From positions 1 to 37,016 of the forward strand of contig JBEKHC010000048.1 of assembly GCA_050012475.1 (NCBI GenBank): a stretch of 37,016 nucleotides of DNA, in the 5' to 3' direction. The stretch is from Candidatus Velthaea sp. GTDB taxonomy: Bacteria; Vulcanimicrobiota; Vulcanimicrobiia; Vulcanimicrobiales; Vulcanimicrobiaceae. Below are positions 18,623 to 28,112 of the stretch, piece by piece; position 1 is the first letter of the stretch, and the number at the start of each line of letters is the position of its first letter. The notes under the pieces are model-generated. The model worked only from the letters and a program-made list of their open reading frames with translations. It made no database searches and was not told where the DNA came from. Position numbers and translations under genes: made by a program.

Positions 18623-20098
18623 CTATACCAACGCGCGCAGCTTCGTCTTTTCGACTTTGCCTAACGCGTTACGCGGCAAGGCATCGACGACGTGCACGCG
18701 TTTGGGAATCTTAAAGCTCGCCAAGCGCGTTTGCAGCCACGCAATGAGTTCGGCGGTGTCGAACGGCGTGCCCGGCTGCGGTTCGATCACCGCTATGACG
18801 CTTTCTCCGCGCGCCGCATCGGGCGCCCCGACCACGGCGCTCGCGCGGACGCCGGGAAACCGGTCGATTTCGTTTTCGACTTCCAGCGGATAGATGTTGA
18901 AACCGCCGGAGATGATGAGTTCCTTGAGCCGTCCCACGATCCGATAGACTTGCTGGTGCGGATCGTAACTCGCGAGATCGCCGCTGCGGTACCAGCGGGT
19001 GCCGTTCTCATCGACCAGGAACGCCGCCGCCGTCGCCGCTGCGTTTCGCCAATAGCCCGCGAAGACGTTGGGTCCGCTCACGAGCAGTTCGCCCACACCG
19101 CCCGCTTCGACCGGCGTCCCGTCGTCGGTCCGCACGATCCGAACGCTGACGCCGGCGAACGGAATCCCGACGCTGCCGGCGACCCGCGGACCGCCGAACC
19201 GGTTGGTCAGCGCGAAGCCGAATTCCGTCGCGCCGTACCGTTCGAGAATCGTGACCCCGAAACGCGCGGCGAAGCGCTCGAACACCTCGGTGCTCAGCGC
19301 CGCTGAGCCGGAAACGCACAGGCGCAGCCGGGGAACAGCGAGCGGATCGGGCAGTTCGAGCAGCCGCACGTACATCGTCGGCACGCCGAAGAACATCGTG
19401 ACGCCGGGCTGCTGCAGCGTCGCAAGCATCTCGGCGGCATCGAAGCGCTTCGCCAGCAGCAGCCGGCCGCCGCAGGTCAACGTGCCGTTGAGCGCGGCGC
19501 AGAGGCCGTGCACGTGAAAGAGCGGCAGGGCAATGGCCAGCGTATCGCTCGCCGTCCAACGCCAGGCCGTCACGACTTGCACGGCGATCGTCGCGAGATT
19601 TGCCTGCGTGAGCACGGCGCCCTTGCTGCGGCCGGTCGTCCCGCTCGTGTAGACGATGAGCGCCGGAGCTTCGGGTTCGGGCAGCGCCGCAATCTCCAGC
19701 GGCGCGATCGCCGCATCGTTCGCCCACGCTTCGATCGTTTCCGCGGTGACGATCGGCGCGACGCTCAGATCGGCGAGGTGGGGCGCGGTTTCGGCGCTCG
19801 CCATCACCAGCGCGACGTCGGCATCGTGCAAGACGTGCGCGAGATCCGACGCGCGGTAGAGAACGTTCGCCGGAACCACGATCGCGCCCAAGCGCAATGC
19901 GGCGAGGTACGCGAACACAAAGCCGAGCCGGTTCTCGCAGAAGAGTGCGATGCGATCGCCGGACTGCAAACCGCGTTCGCGCAAGCCGCGCGCGACGCGC
20001 AGGATTCCGGCCGCGAGTTCGGCGTACGACACGTCGTTGACGGCCGATGCCGCACCGCGTTCGGCGACCGACGCGTCCAACAAATCGAGCAGCGTCAC
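18623..20098 (-). CDS. AMP-binding acyl-CoA synthetase (malonyl-CoA synthetase MatB-like)
   Basis: YTSGTTGRSKG, LPLFHVHGL, FGVPTMYVRL, ILERYGATE, GRLKELIISGGFNIYP and LPRNALGKV; GTGA overlap with purK. Confidence 0.88.
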   Translation of the reverse strand: MTLLDLLDASVAERGAASAVNDVSYAELAAGILRVARGLRERGLQSGDRIALFCENRLGFVFAYLAALRLGAIVVPANVLYRASDLAHVLHDADVALVMASAETAPHLADLSVAPIVTAETIEAWANDAAIAPLEIAALPEPEAPALIVYTSGTTGRSKGAVLTQANLATIAVQVVTAWRWTASDTLAIALPLFHVHGLCAALNGTLTCGGRLLLAKRFDAAEMLATLQQPGVTMFFGVPTMYVRLLELPDPLAVPRLRLCVSGSAALSTEVFERFAARFGVTILERYGATEFGFALTNRFGGPRVAGSVGIPFAGVSVRIVRTDDGTPVEAGGVGELLVSGPNVFAGYWRNAAATAAAFLVDENGTRWYRSGDLASYDPHQQVYRIVGRLKELIISGGFNIYPLEVENEIDRFPGVRASAVVGAPDAARGESVIAVIEPQPGTPFDTAELIAWLQTRLASFKIPKRVHVVDALPRNALGKVEKTKLRALV

Positions 20099-21240
20099 GT
20101 CCGGCTCAAGGCCCGGTTGTCGATCCAGTGCAGCTTGCGGCGTCCGGCTTCCGCTTTGCGCAGCGCATCGTCGGCGTCGCTGCCGAGCACCGTGAAATGA
20201 CCCATCTTGCGGCGCAGCGCCGCATGCGCTTTACCGTACATGTGCAGTGCGACATCGGGATCGCGCAACAGGTCGTTGACGCCGCCGAGCTGATCGCCGT
20301 TACCGCCGCCCAAAATGTTGACCATCACGACCGCCGGAACGAGCATCCGCGGCGGCACCAGCGGCAGATCGCAGATCGCGCGCACGTGCGCTTCGTACTG
20401 CGAGATCGTCGTGGCGTCGAGCGAGTAGTGGCCCGTGTTGTGCACCCGCGGCGCGATCTCATTGACGAGCAGTTGGTCGCCGGCCAGGAAAAATTCGATG
20501 GCGAACGCGCCGACGATATCGAGTCCGGCGGCGATCGTCTCCGCCGAGCGCCGGACGCGCTCCGCGATCGCGGCTGGAATGCGCGCCGGAACGATCGTCG
20601 TGGCGAGCACGCCGCGATCGTGTTCGTTTTCCGCCACCGGATAGGTCACGATCTCACCGGTGGCGTTGCGTGCGCAAATGATCGACAGCTCTTTGTCGAA
20701 CGGCGAAAACCGCTCGTAGATGAGCGGCCGGCCCTTGACTGCGGCAACCGCCTCCGCCGCTTCTGCCGCCGTGCGCACGAGCCATTGGCCCTTGCCGTCA
20801 TAACCGCCGGTCGTAGTCTTGAGCACGGCGGGAAAGCCGATCCGCTCGAACGCCGCCGGCAAATCCGCGCTCGTCGTAACGGCGGCAAAATCGACGGTGT
20901 CGATGCCGCATTCGCGCACGAATTGTTTTTCCAACAACCGCTCTTGGGTGATGCGCAAGACCGCGCCGCTCGGCCGCACCAGCCGCCGATCGGCCTCGAG
21001 CGCCTCGACCGACACCAGCGGGATGTTCTCGAACTCGTAGGTCACGACGTCGGTGCGCGCACCGAGTTCACCGATGAAACGCAGATCGTCGTACGCCGAC
21101 ACGATTTGCTCGTCGGCAATCTGGCCGGTCGGGGAATTCGTGAGCGGCTCGAGCACGACCACCCGGTACCCCATGCGCTTGGCTTCGAGCGTGAGCATGC
21201 GCCCGAGTTGGCCGCCGCCCAGAATGCCGATCGCGGTCAT
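20095..21240 (-). CDS. purK: N5-carboxyaminoimidazole ribonucleotide synthase
   Basis: [39 protein letters not shown] and YGK...RKMGH. Confidence 0.96.
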   Translation of the reverse strand: MTAIGILGGGQLGRMLTLEAKRMGYRVVVLEPLTNSPTGQIADEQIVSAYDDLRFIGELGARTDVVTYEFENIPLVSVEALEADRRLVRPSGAVLRITQERLLEKQFVRECGIDTVDFAAVTTSADLPAAFERIGFPAVLKTTTGGYDGKGQWLVRTAAEAAEAVAAVKGRPLIYERFSPFDKELSIICARNATGEIVTYPVAENEHDRGVLATTIVPARIPAAIAERVRRSAETIAAGLDIVGAFAIEFFLAGDQLLVNEIAPRVHNTGHYSLDATTISQYEAHVRAICDLPLVPPRMLVPAVVMVNILGGGNGDQLGGVNDLLRDPDVALHMYGKAHAALRRKMGHFTVLGSDADDALRKAEAGRRKLHWIDNRALSRT

Positions 21241-21716
21241 AGTACCGTGGTCTCGACGGCCTGCGCGATGCGCGCGCGGCGTTCTTCGAGCTTGCGCGCC
21301 AATTCCGGATCGATCAGCGCGAGGATGCGCGCGGCGAACAGCCCCGCGTTGGCCGCATTGCCGATCGCCATCGTCGCGACCGGCACGCCGGCGGGCATCT
21401 GCGCGATCGAGAGCAGGGAGTCCAGTCCGCCCAGCGCGTGCGATTGGACCGGAACGCCGATGACCGGCAGACTGGTTTTCGCTGCCACCATTCCGGGCAG
21501 GTGAGCGGCACCGCCCGCGCCCGCAATGATCACGCGCAGCCCGCGCTTGGCCGCCGTTTCGGCGTAGCGAAACATGAGGTCCGGGGTGCGGTGCGCCGAG
21601 ACGACTTTGAGCTCGAAGGGAATGCCCAACTCGCCCAGCGTCACGGCTGCGGCGCGCATGGTTTCCAAATCCGACGCCGAGCCCATGATGATGCCGACCA
21701 ACGCTGCGCCTTCCAT
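21237..21716 (-). CDS. purE: N5-carboxyaminoimidazole ribonucleotide mutase
   Basis: [31 protein letters not shown] and [10 protein letters not shown]. Confidence 0.97.
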   Translation of the reverse strand: MEGAALVGIIMGSASDLETMRAAAVTLGELGIPFELKVVSAHRTPDLMFRYAETAAKRGLRVIIAGAGGAAHLPGMVAAKTSLPVIGVPVQSHALGGLDSLLSIAQMPAGVPVATMAIGNAANAGLFAARILALIDPELARKLEERRARIAQAVETTVL

Positions 21717-21775
21717 CGGCGTGCGCCTTCGGCCCGCCGGAACAGCCGACCTCGATTGCGAAGGGCCGCGACTGC

Positions 21776-23005
21776 ATGCGTTTCAGTTTGGGCGTCAATT
21801 ACTGGCCGCGCCGCAGCGCGATGGCGATGTGGCGGGACTTCGATCCGCACGAAATCGGTGAGGATTTCGTCCGGATTGCCGCGCTGGGCCTCGATACCGT
21901 GCGCTTTTTCTTACGCTGGTTCGATTTCCAGCCGGCGCCCAAGCGCATGGACGGCATGATGCTGGGCCGCCTCGAACAGGTGCTGGAACTGCTGGCGGCC
22001 AGCGGACTGCGGGCGATGCCGACGTTCTTTACCGGGCACATGAGCGGGGTGAATTGGATTCCCAGTTGGGCGCTCGACCGCACGACGCCGAGCGGCCGCT
22101 TTCGCACGCTCACCGAGGAAGGCGAAGCGCCGTTGGGAATCGGCGACTTCTACCGGGGCGAATTGCTCGCCGCGCAACTCTATCACGTGCGCGAGATCGG
22201 GACGGCACTGCGCGGCCATCCGTCGATCGCCGCCTGGGATTTGGGCAACGAGTTCAGCAACCTGCGTGAGCCGGCGTCGATTGCCGACGGGCGCGAGTGG
22301 AGTAAGCGGCTCTCGCACGAAGTCGAACGCGCCTCGGGCCATCCGGTCACCGGCGGTATTCATGGCGAAGACCTCACCCGCGACCGCAACATCCGACCAT
22401 CCTGGATCAGCGAACCGTGGGCGTTTGCCACGATGCACGGGTATTCGGTCTACAGCGACTTTGCGCGCAGCCGCACCGACGCGCAGGTCGTTCCGTTCCT
22501 CGCGCAGCTGACCGCGGCGTTCACGGAGAAGCCGGTGCTCTTTAGCGAGTTCGGGAATCCAACGTGTCCGCCGGGGAAAGTCTCGCCGTTCGAGCGGGTG
22601 GCGATGCCCGACGAACCGCCGCTGCCGGTCGTACCCGCCGACGATCCGGTGCGCGCAACGTACGCGTGTCTGAACGAAGCGGAGATGGCACAGTACGCGC
22701 GCGCCGTGCTCGAACGGTTGCACGCCGACGGACGACTGGGCGCGTACTGGTGGTGTTGGGCCGATTATGCCGACAGCTTGCGCGCCACGCCGCCGTTCGA
22801 TCGCGCACCCCACGAGATGTCGTTCGGGATCGTGCGCGGCGACGGCAGCGAGAAGCCGGTCGCTGCGGCATTGACGGCGTTCGCGCGCGAAGCGCGTTCG
22901 GTGGTCGCACCGCGCGATCCGCAGATTTTCGAGCCGGCGTACTATGCGGATTTGCCGCTGACCACGCACGAAGCGTACCAGCGCTTCTTGGAGACACGCG
23001 CGTGA
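21776..23005 (+). CDS. Glycoside hydrolase, clan GH-A (GH5-like)
   Basis: GVNYWPR, VRFFL.W.DFQP, WDLGNE (acid/base), FSEFG (nucleophile) and WWCWAD. Confidence 0.82.
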   Translation: MRFSLGVNYWPRRSAMAMWRDFDPHEIGEDFVRIAALGLDTVRFFLRWFDFQPAPKRMDGMMLGRLEQVLELLAASGLRAMPTFFTGHMSGVNWIPSWALDRTTPSGRFRTLTEEGEAPLGIGDFYRGELLAAQLYHVREIGTALRGHPSIAAWDLGNEFSNLREPASIADGREWSKRLSHEVERASGHPVTGGIHGEDLTRDRNIRPSWISEPWAFATMHGYSVYSDFARSRTDAQVVPFLAQLTAAFTEKPVLFSEFGNPTCPPGKVSPFERVAMPDEPPLPVVPADDPVRATYACLNEAEMAQYARAVLERLHADGRLGAYWWCWADYADSLRATPPFDRAPHEMSFGIVRGDGSEKPVAAALTAFAREARSVVAPRDPQIFEPAYYADLPLTTHEAYQRFLETRA

Positions 23006-24153
23006 AAACGATGCTCCTTACGGGCGCGTCATCGGGAATCGGCCGCGCGCTCGCGATTCGCGCCGCGCGCGCCGGTTATGCGGTGTATGCCGTCGGCCGC
23101 AATGCGGAAGCGCTCGCGACGTTGTACGACGGGATTGCTGGCGAGAACGGCTTGGTTTGCGTCGACGCGGTCGACGTTGCGATCGCCGCCAATGCGCGCG
23201 GTTTGGTCGCGCGGACGCTGGCGCGCTTCGGTTCGATCGACGTGCTGGTGAACAACGCCGGCTTCGTTTCGGCGGGCCCGCTGTCGGCGCAGAGCGATGA
23301 GGAATTGCAGCGGCAGTTCGGCACGCATGTGATCGGGCCGGTTGCGTTGGTGCGCGAAGCGCTCGACGCGCTGCGCGCCGCGCACGGTCAGGTGTTCATG
23401 GTCGGCTCGGGCGTCGCGCGGATTCCGGTCGGCAGCCTCGGCGCGTATCCCCCGGCGAAGGCCGCGATCCGCTCGGCGACCGCGATTCTGCGGCGCGAAC
23501 TCGCGCCGCAAAATGTGGCCGTTACCTACGTCGACCCCGGCGCGGTCGATACGCCGTTCATGACGCGCGCCGGGATGCCCGGCGCACCGGCCAAATTTCT
23601 CGTTTCGCCCGAAGCGGTCGCGCGCAAAATCCTCATCGCGGTCGGGGATCGCCCGCGCGTGCTCAACGCGTCGGCTTGGCAGACGACGCTCGTTGCACTG
23701 GCCGAACGCTTTCCCCGCCTCACCGAGGCGCTGCTCGAGCGGGCTCCGGCGCTCGTCGGCGGCGGCGAAACGACGGGAGCGCCGGTAGCGCCGGCTGCGC
23801 CGAGTGCCACGGAGTTGGAACCCGCGCCGAGCGGCGCGGAGGTGGAAGCCGCTCCAAGAGCCGCGGACGTGGATTTGGCGAAGCTCGTTGACGCGGCGCC
23901 CGAGAGCCCGTTCGATGCAGCGCTGGCGCCGCATCGGCGGCGGATGGAGAAACTGAATTTGCGCGCTGCGTTCGTGCGTGACTTGCTTGTTCCCCAGGCG
24001 ACGCTGGAGACGGGAGACGTCGCGATGCGCTGGGCGGGCATGCCGAACAAGAACGAGCGCGGGCTGACGGAAGCGATTCTCGAAAGCTTAGCCGAGGCCG
24101 GTTTTCTCGAATCTGCGGCCGAGCAGACCTATCGCGTTGTGCGCGTCCCGTGA
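23002..24153 (+). CDS. SDR family oxidoreductase with Pro/Ala linker and extra C-terminal domain
   Basis: GTG at 23002 overlaps the GH stop; TGASSGIG, VNNAG, YPPAK (YxxxK) and PGAVDT. Confidence 0.88.
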   Translation: MKTMLLTGASSGIGRALAIRAARAGYAVYAVGRNAEALATLYDGIAGENGLVCVDAVDVAIAANARGLVARTLARFGSIDVLVNNAGFVSAGPLSAQSDEELQRQFGTHVIGPVALVREALDALRAAHGQVFMVGSGVARIPVGSLGAYPPAKAAIRSATAILRRELAPQNVAVTYVDPGAVDTPFMTRAGMPGAPAKFLVSPEAVARKILIAVGDRPRVLNASAWQTTLVALAERFPRLTEALLERAPALVGGGETTGAPVAPAAPSATELEPAPSGAEVEAAPRAADVDLAKLVDAAPESPFDAALAPHRRRMEKLNLRAAFVRDLLVPQATLETGDVAMRWAGMPNKNERGLTEAILESLAEAGFLESAAEQTYRVVRVP

Positions 24154-24196
24154 ACGCCCGGCACGGCGGCGCCGAGCCGAGGCGTAGTGCCGCCGG

Positions 24197-25363
24197 GTGA
24201 GCGGACTGGAGAACCAAGTCATCGCGGTCGTCGCGCTGCTGGCGGTCGCGCTGGTCGTCAGCGCGTTCGCCGACCGCATCGGCGTGCCGTACGTGGTGGC
24301 GCTGCTCATCGTCGCGACGCCGATCGATTTCCCGTCGTTCAACGCCTTCGCGCCCGCTCTGCTGTTCGTCTTTCTGCCCGCGCTGATCTTCGAGGCAGCC
24401 TGGAACATCAACGCCGAAGCACTCAAACGCCGCTGGCTTGCGGTGACGGTGCTCGCCGTTCCGGGAGTCTTGCTGACCGCAGCGATCGTCGGCGGCGGAC
24501 TTGCGCTGGCTCAACAAATGCCGTTCGTTCCGGCGCTGCTGCTGGGCGCGATCCTCGCTGCGACGGATCCGATCGCGGTTATCGCCGTCTTTCGTCGCTT
24601 GCACGTGCCGCACGATCTGGCGACGATCGTCGAGGGCGAGTCGCTGTTCAACGACGGTGCCGCGATCGTCTTGTACGGCGTCGTCGTCGGAGTTCTGAGT
24701 GGTGCCGGCGGCGCGCCCGATCCGGGCACGATTGCCGTTACGTCGCTTTCGGTTTCGCTCGGCGGCGCGGCGATCGGCTTGGTCGCGGCGGTGCTCGTGG
24801 CGCTGTTGCTGCGCGGCAGCGACAGCCCGCAACTGCAAGTCGTCGGGACGATCGTCGCGGCGTTCGGCTCGTATCTGGTTGCCGACCACTTTCACCTGTC
24901 GGGCATCTTCGCCGCCGTCGTGGCCGGGATCGCGATGCGCGCCTTTCCGCGCTTTCCGTCGACGGCAGCGGTCGCCGACGTCGACGGGTTTTGGGGCGTC
25001 ATGGCCTTTCTCGCCAACGCGCTGGTGTTCGTGCTCATGGGTCTGCGCATCGAGTTTGCCCGAATCTTGCACGAACCGCTGTTGGTCGCGATCACGCTCG
25101 CGCTGGTCACCGCGGCGCGTCTGATCCTGGCCTACATCGTGCTGCCGCTCGCGGGCGCGAAGATCGCTCCAGCGTGGCGTTCGATAATCGCGCTGTCGGG
25201 AATGCGCGGCGCGCTGTCGGTCGCGCTTGCGATCGGCTTGCCGGCCGACATCCCGTTTCGGCCGCAAATCGTCGATACCGTCTTCGGGGTCGTCTTCGTC
25301 ACGCTCGTCGCGCAAGGGTTGGCGATCGGCCCGGTAATCTCGCGCCGGCGTCTGGCGGCGTAG
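24197..25363 (+). CDS. CPA1 family Na+/H+ antiporter
   Basis: FLPALIFEAA, ATDPIAV, EGESLFNDG and GMRGALS; many TM segments. Confidence 0.92.
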   Translation: MSGLENQVIAVVALLAVALVVSAFADRIGVPYVVALLIVATPIDFPSFNAFAPALLFVFLPALIFEAAWNINAEALKRRWLAVTVLAVPGVLLTAAIVGGGLALAQQMPFVPALLLGAILAATDPIAVIAVFRRLHVPHDLATIVEGESLFNDGAAIVLYGVVVGVLSGAGGAPDPGTIAVTSLSVSLGGAAIGLVAAVLVALLLRGSDSPQLQVVGTIVAAFGSYLVADHFHLSGIFAAVVAGIAMRAFPRFPSTAAVADVDGFWGVMAFLANALVFVLMGLRIEFARILHEPLLVAITLALVTAARLILAYIVLPLAGAKIAPAWRSIIALSGMRGALSVALAIGLPADIPFRPQIVDTVFGVVFVTLVAQGLAIGPVISRRRLAA

Positions 25364-25532
25364 AACGCGACGGCGGGCCGGCGAAGCTCGCACGGCTCTG
25401 CGATTTTAGCCGTGGACCGCTTCTTGCACTTTCGTGCGAACTAGTGCCAGCTTTCATCCAACGATTGCGTGATCGGCGTCGATTCGAGCGAATCACCTCG
25501 CGTCCCGCTACCGTGCAAGGAGCCGACTGCCA

Positions 25533-25895
25533 GTGAACTTCACCGAAGCGATCGCTGCGCATTCCGATTGGAAGCGTAAGCTCACTACCTACCTGCGCAA
25601 ACCGGACAGCTCGATCGATCCGACCGTGCTCGAGAAGAACGACCAGTGCCTCTTGGGAAAGTGGCTCAAGGACGAAGCGGACAGTCTTTCAGCGTTCCCG
25701 GACTTTGCGGAGCTGGTGCGAGAGCATTCCGCCTTTCATCGCGCCGCCGCGGACGTCGTACGCAAGGCCGATCGCGGGGAAGATGTCTCGGCGGATATTC
25801 TGCTCGGTGCGAAGAGCCCGTTCACGGTCTCATCCGTAAAGGTCGTTCAGATCCTCATGCGGATGGACCGTGTGCAGCAGATGGCGAAACATTAA
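25533..25895 (+). CDS. Stand-alone CZB (chemoreceptor zinc-binding) domain protein
   Basis: AIAAHSDWK...CLLGKWL...HSAFH gives the 3His/1Cys CZB signature; AAGGAG RBS before GTG. Confidence 0.85.
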   Translation: MNFTEAIAAHSDWKRKLTTYLRKPDSSIDPTVLEKNDQCLLGKWLKDEADSLSAFPDFAELVREHSAFHRAAADVVRKADRGEDVSADILLGAKSPFTVSSVKVVQILMRMDRVQQMAKH

Positions 25896-25899
25896 TCGC

Positions 25900-26376
25900 T
25901 CAGACCCCGGCTGCTTCGGCTTCCTCTTCGGCCCAGATGCGCGGAAGCGCATTGCCCGTTTCCAGCATAGTTTTCAGTCCAGCAAGAACCGCCGGCCAGC
26001 CGAACATGATGCCGCGCAGCATCTCGGAATCGGGCTGGAGTTCGGCGTGCGTCACGGTTAAGCGCACCGCGTGTTTGAGCTGCGCGAGATCGAAGCTGAC
26101 ACGCGACGTTTTCGCCGGGTCGGCAACGCTGTCGGGATCCGCCCAGGAAATCACCAGACGACGCGGCGGATCACTCTCGAGCACGGTACCGACGATATCG
26201 ACTTCGCCGGGATCATCATAGTCTTCGTGCCGCCAGGATGATCCGACGTTCCAGTCGGACGCGTTACGGTGGTTGCCCCAATACCGCTTCGTTTGCTCGG
26301 GATCGATCAAGGCGTTCCAGAGCTTCTCGGGCGTGGTCACGATATACGTCACGTAAACGTAAGACGGCTTAGTCAT
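25900..26376 (-). CDS. SRPBCC (AHSA1-like) domain protein
   Basis: YVTYI.TTPEKLWNAL, VLESDPPRRLVISW, SRVSF and GWPAVLAGLKTMLETG. Confidence 0.9.
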   Translation of the reverse strand: MTKPSYVYVTYIVTTPEKLWNALIDPEQTKRYWGNHRNASDWNVGSSWRHEDYDDPGEVDIVGTVLESDPPRRLVISWADPDSVADPAKTSRVSFDLAQLKHAVRLTVTHAELQPDSEMLRGIMFGWPAVLAGLKTMLETGNALPRIWAEEEAEAAGV

Positions 26377-26689
26377 TAGACGGATGTTCCTCCAAGTCGC
26401 GTTTGAGATCGTGTAGTGCGCGCAGCCGTCCACGCTCGAACTTGCCGATCCAGCGTTCGGCAATCTCGGCAATCGGGACCGGATTGAGATAGTGCAACTT
26501 CTCACGCCCGCGCCAATGGATGGCGACGAGGTTGGCATCTTCGAGCACCGCGAGATGTTTGGAGACGGCTTGCCGCGTCATGTCGAGGTGCGCGCACAAG
26601 TCGCCCAGCGTTTGTCCATTTTCCCGAAAGAGCAGGTCGAGCAGTTTGCGCCGGCTGGCGTCGGCGAGTGCCTTGAACACTCGGTCCAT
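26369..26689 (-). CDS. ArsR/SmtB family regulator
   Basis: VFKALADASRRKLLD, MTRQAVSKHLAVLE and GREKLHYLN. Confidence 0.92.
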   Translation of the reverse strand: MDRVFKALADASRRKLLDLLFRENGQTLGDLCAHLDMTRQAVSKHLAVLEDANLVAIHWRGREKLHYLNPVPIAEIAERWIGKFERGRLRALHDLKRDLEEHPSND

Positions 26690-26710
26690 GCCCCTCGGCT
26701 TCACCTCGCG

Positions 26711-26740
26711 ATTATATGCAACTTTTTAGTTGCATGTCAA
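26711..26740 (-). promoter_or_regulatory. Consensus sigma70 promoter TTGACA-18-TATAAT with ArsR operator ATGCAACT-N4-AGTTGCAT in the spacer
   Basis: Minus-strand TTGACA 26740-26735 and TATAAT 26716-26711; perfect 8-bp inverted repeat 26716-26735. Confidence 0.85.
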
Positions 26741-26835
26741 GCCCGGCTCTTTCCGTGTGACGAGCGCCGATCACTTGAACCCGCCTGCCGCCGCGGGCGA
26801 GACGCTAACGGCGTCGCCGGCGGCCGGCCCGCCCG

Positions 26836-27369
26836 TCACGCGCCGTCGCGACGTCCGCCGAAGCGCTTATGGATGAACTTGCGGAGTGCGACGCCGGCGG
26901 CGCGCTTGGCGCGGATGGAGCGATTGTCGTCACCCGGCGAGCCGATGAAGAAAATGACCGTCGCGCCGACGACGATGCTCAAGGCGTACCCGGCGGCGTT
27001 GCTCCAAGCAGGCGATAAGGCGCCCGAGTGACGCACGGCTTCGCGGCCGACGTTCGCGGTGAGCAGCACGGCGACGAGCAACGCCGAGCGCACGTAGATG
27101 TTGCGCGTGTGACGGGTGAGATCCGAGAAATGTTCGGGCAAGAAAAACGCCCACGCGATGCCGAGATCGCGAAATAGCGCAAACGTCCAAAGCTGTCCGG
27201 GCGTCACGTAGTCGATGACATGCGCCACGCCGAGAATCACCGCGAACGCGAGCAGCCGGCTCGCGAACCACGGTAGAAATCTGGCGTTCGGTCCGCTACC
27301 AGTACGCAACGTCGCGCTGCTGGGTGTCTTTGAATTTGCCGAAAACGTCGGGATTGGCCGCCATCTCAT
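26836..27369 (-). CDS. Hypothetical membrane protein (about 4 TM; start uncertain, probably downstream of 27369)
   Basis: Hydrophobic segments with a basic C-tail; fills the gap after the M48 gene on the same strand. Confidence 0.5.
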   Translation of the reverse strand: MRWRPIPTFSANSKTPSSATLRTGSGPNARFLPWFASRLLAFAVILGVAHVIDYVTPGQLWTFALFRDLGIAWAFFLPEHFSDLTRHTRNIYVRSALLVAVLLTANVGREAVRHSGALSPAWSNAAGYALSIVVGATVIFFIGSPGDDNRSIRAKRAAGVALRKFIHKRFGGRRDGA

Positions 27370-28081
27370 TGCGCAGATCGTCGATGCGCTGCTGATCCAG
27401 CGGATGGGAACGCGACCAGTCGGCCTGTCCAGCGCCGTACGTCGACGTCATCGTTTCAAAGAACCAGATCATCCCGTAGGGGTTATAGGTGTTCGTGGCC
27501 GCGATGATGCGTGCGCCTTCTTCGTCGGCTTGCGCTTCGATGTGCCGGCTGAGGTTCGCATCGACGTGTTCACCGGCATTCTGCATGCCGTAGTCGGCCG
27601 CCGCGCCGCCCAGCGGCCCGGCGAAGACTTGCGCCAGAATCGCACCGACCGTCGCGACGGTACTCATCTTGTTGATCGCGGCGATGTGTTTGGCGACGTG
27701 GTGCAGCACCATGTGCCCCGACTCGTGGGCGAGCACGCCCGCGAGTTCGTCGCGGTTCTTTGCCAGGTGCAGCAGTGGCTCGTTCACGTAGATGTTGCCG
27801 CCCGGCACGGAAAATGCGTTGGCCGAGTCGCCGCGCACGATGTAAAAGCGGATCGGGTACTGATAGCGTGACCGGACGGTCGTCGCAATGACCGAGCCGA
27901 CCTCGTTGAGGTGCTCGTAATAGGAGGAGTCGAAGAGCAGGTCGCCGCTTTCCCGGAGCTGGGCAAAATATTGGCGGCCGATGTCCGCTTCGTCAACTGC
28001 TGCCTGCGCCATCGCCATCTGCGCAAGTTGGCTGAAGCCCACGGTCGCGACGAGACTCTTGATGAACGCGCTACGTTCCAT
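27296..28081 (-). CDS. M48 family zinc metalloprotease, exported
   Basis: NAFSVPGGNIYV, ELAGVLAHESGH (HExxH), EAQADEEG and SHP; N-terminal MERSAFIK.. signal-like sequence; AGAGGA RBS. Confidence 0.88.
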   Translation of the reverse strand: MERSAFIKSLVATVGFSQLAQMAMAQAAVDEADIGRQYFAQLRESGDLLFDSSYYEHLNEVGSVIATTVRSRYQYPIRFYIVRGDSANAFSVPGGNIYVNEPLLHLAKNRDELAGVLAHESGHMVLHHVAKHIAAINKMSTVATVGAILAQVFAGPLGGAAADYGMQNAGEHVDANLSRHIEAQADEEGARIIAATNTYNPYGMIWFFETMTSTYGAGQADWSRSHPLDQQRIDDLRNEMAANPDVFGKFKDTQQRDVAYW

Positions 28082-28112
28082 GTTGCGTTGCCATCCTCTG
28101 CACGGAGCATTT

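Noticed and set aside
26359..26372. GTAAG-acgg-CTTAG, a near match to the Crp-like box
   Set aside because: One mismatch and inside coding sequence, with no suitably placed promoter.
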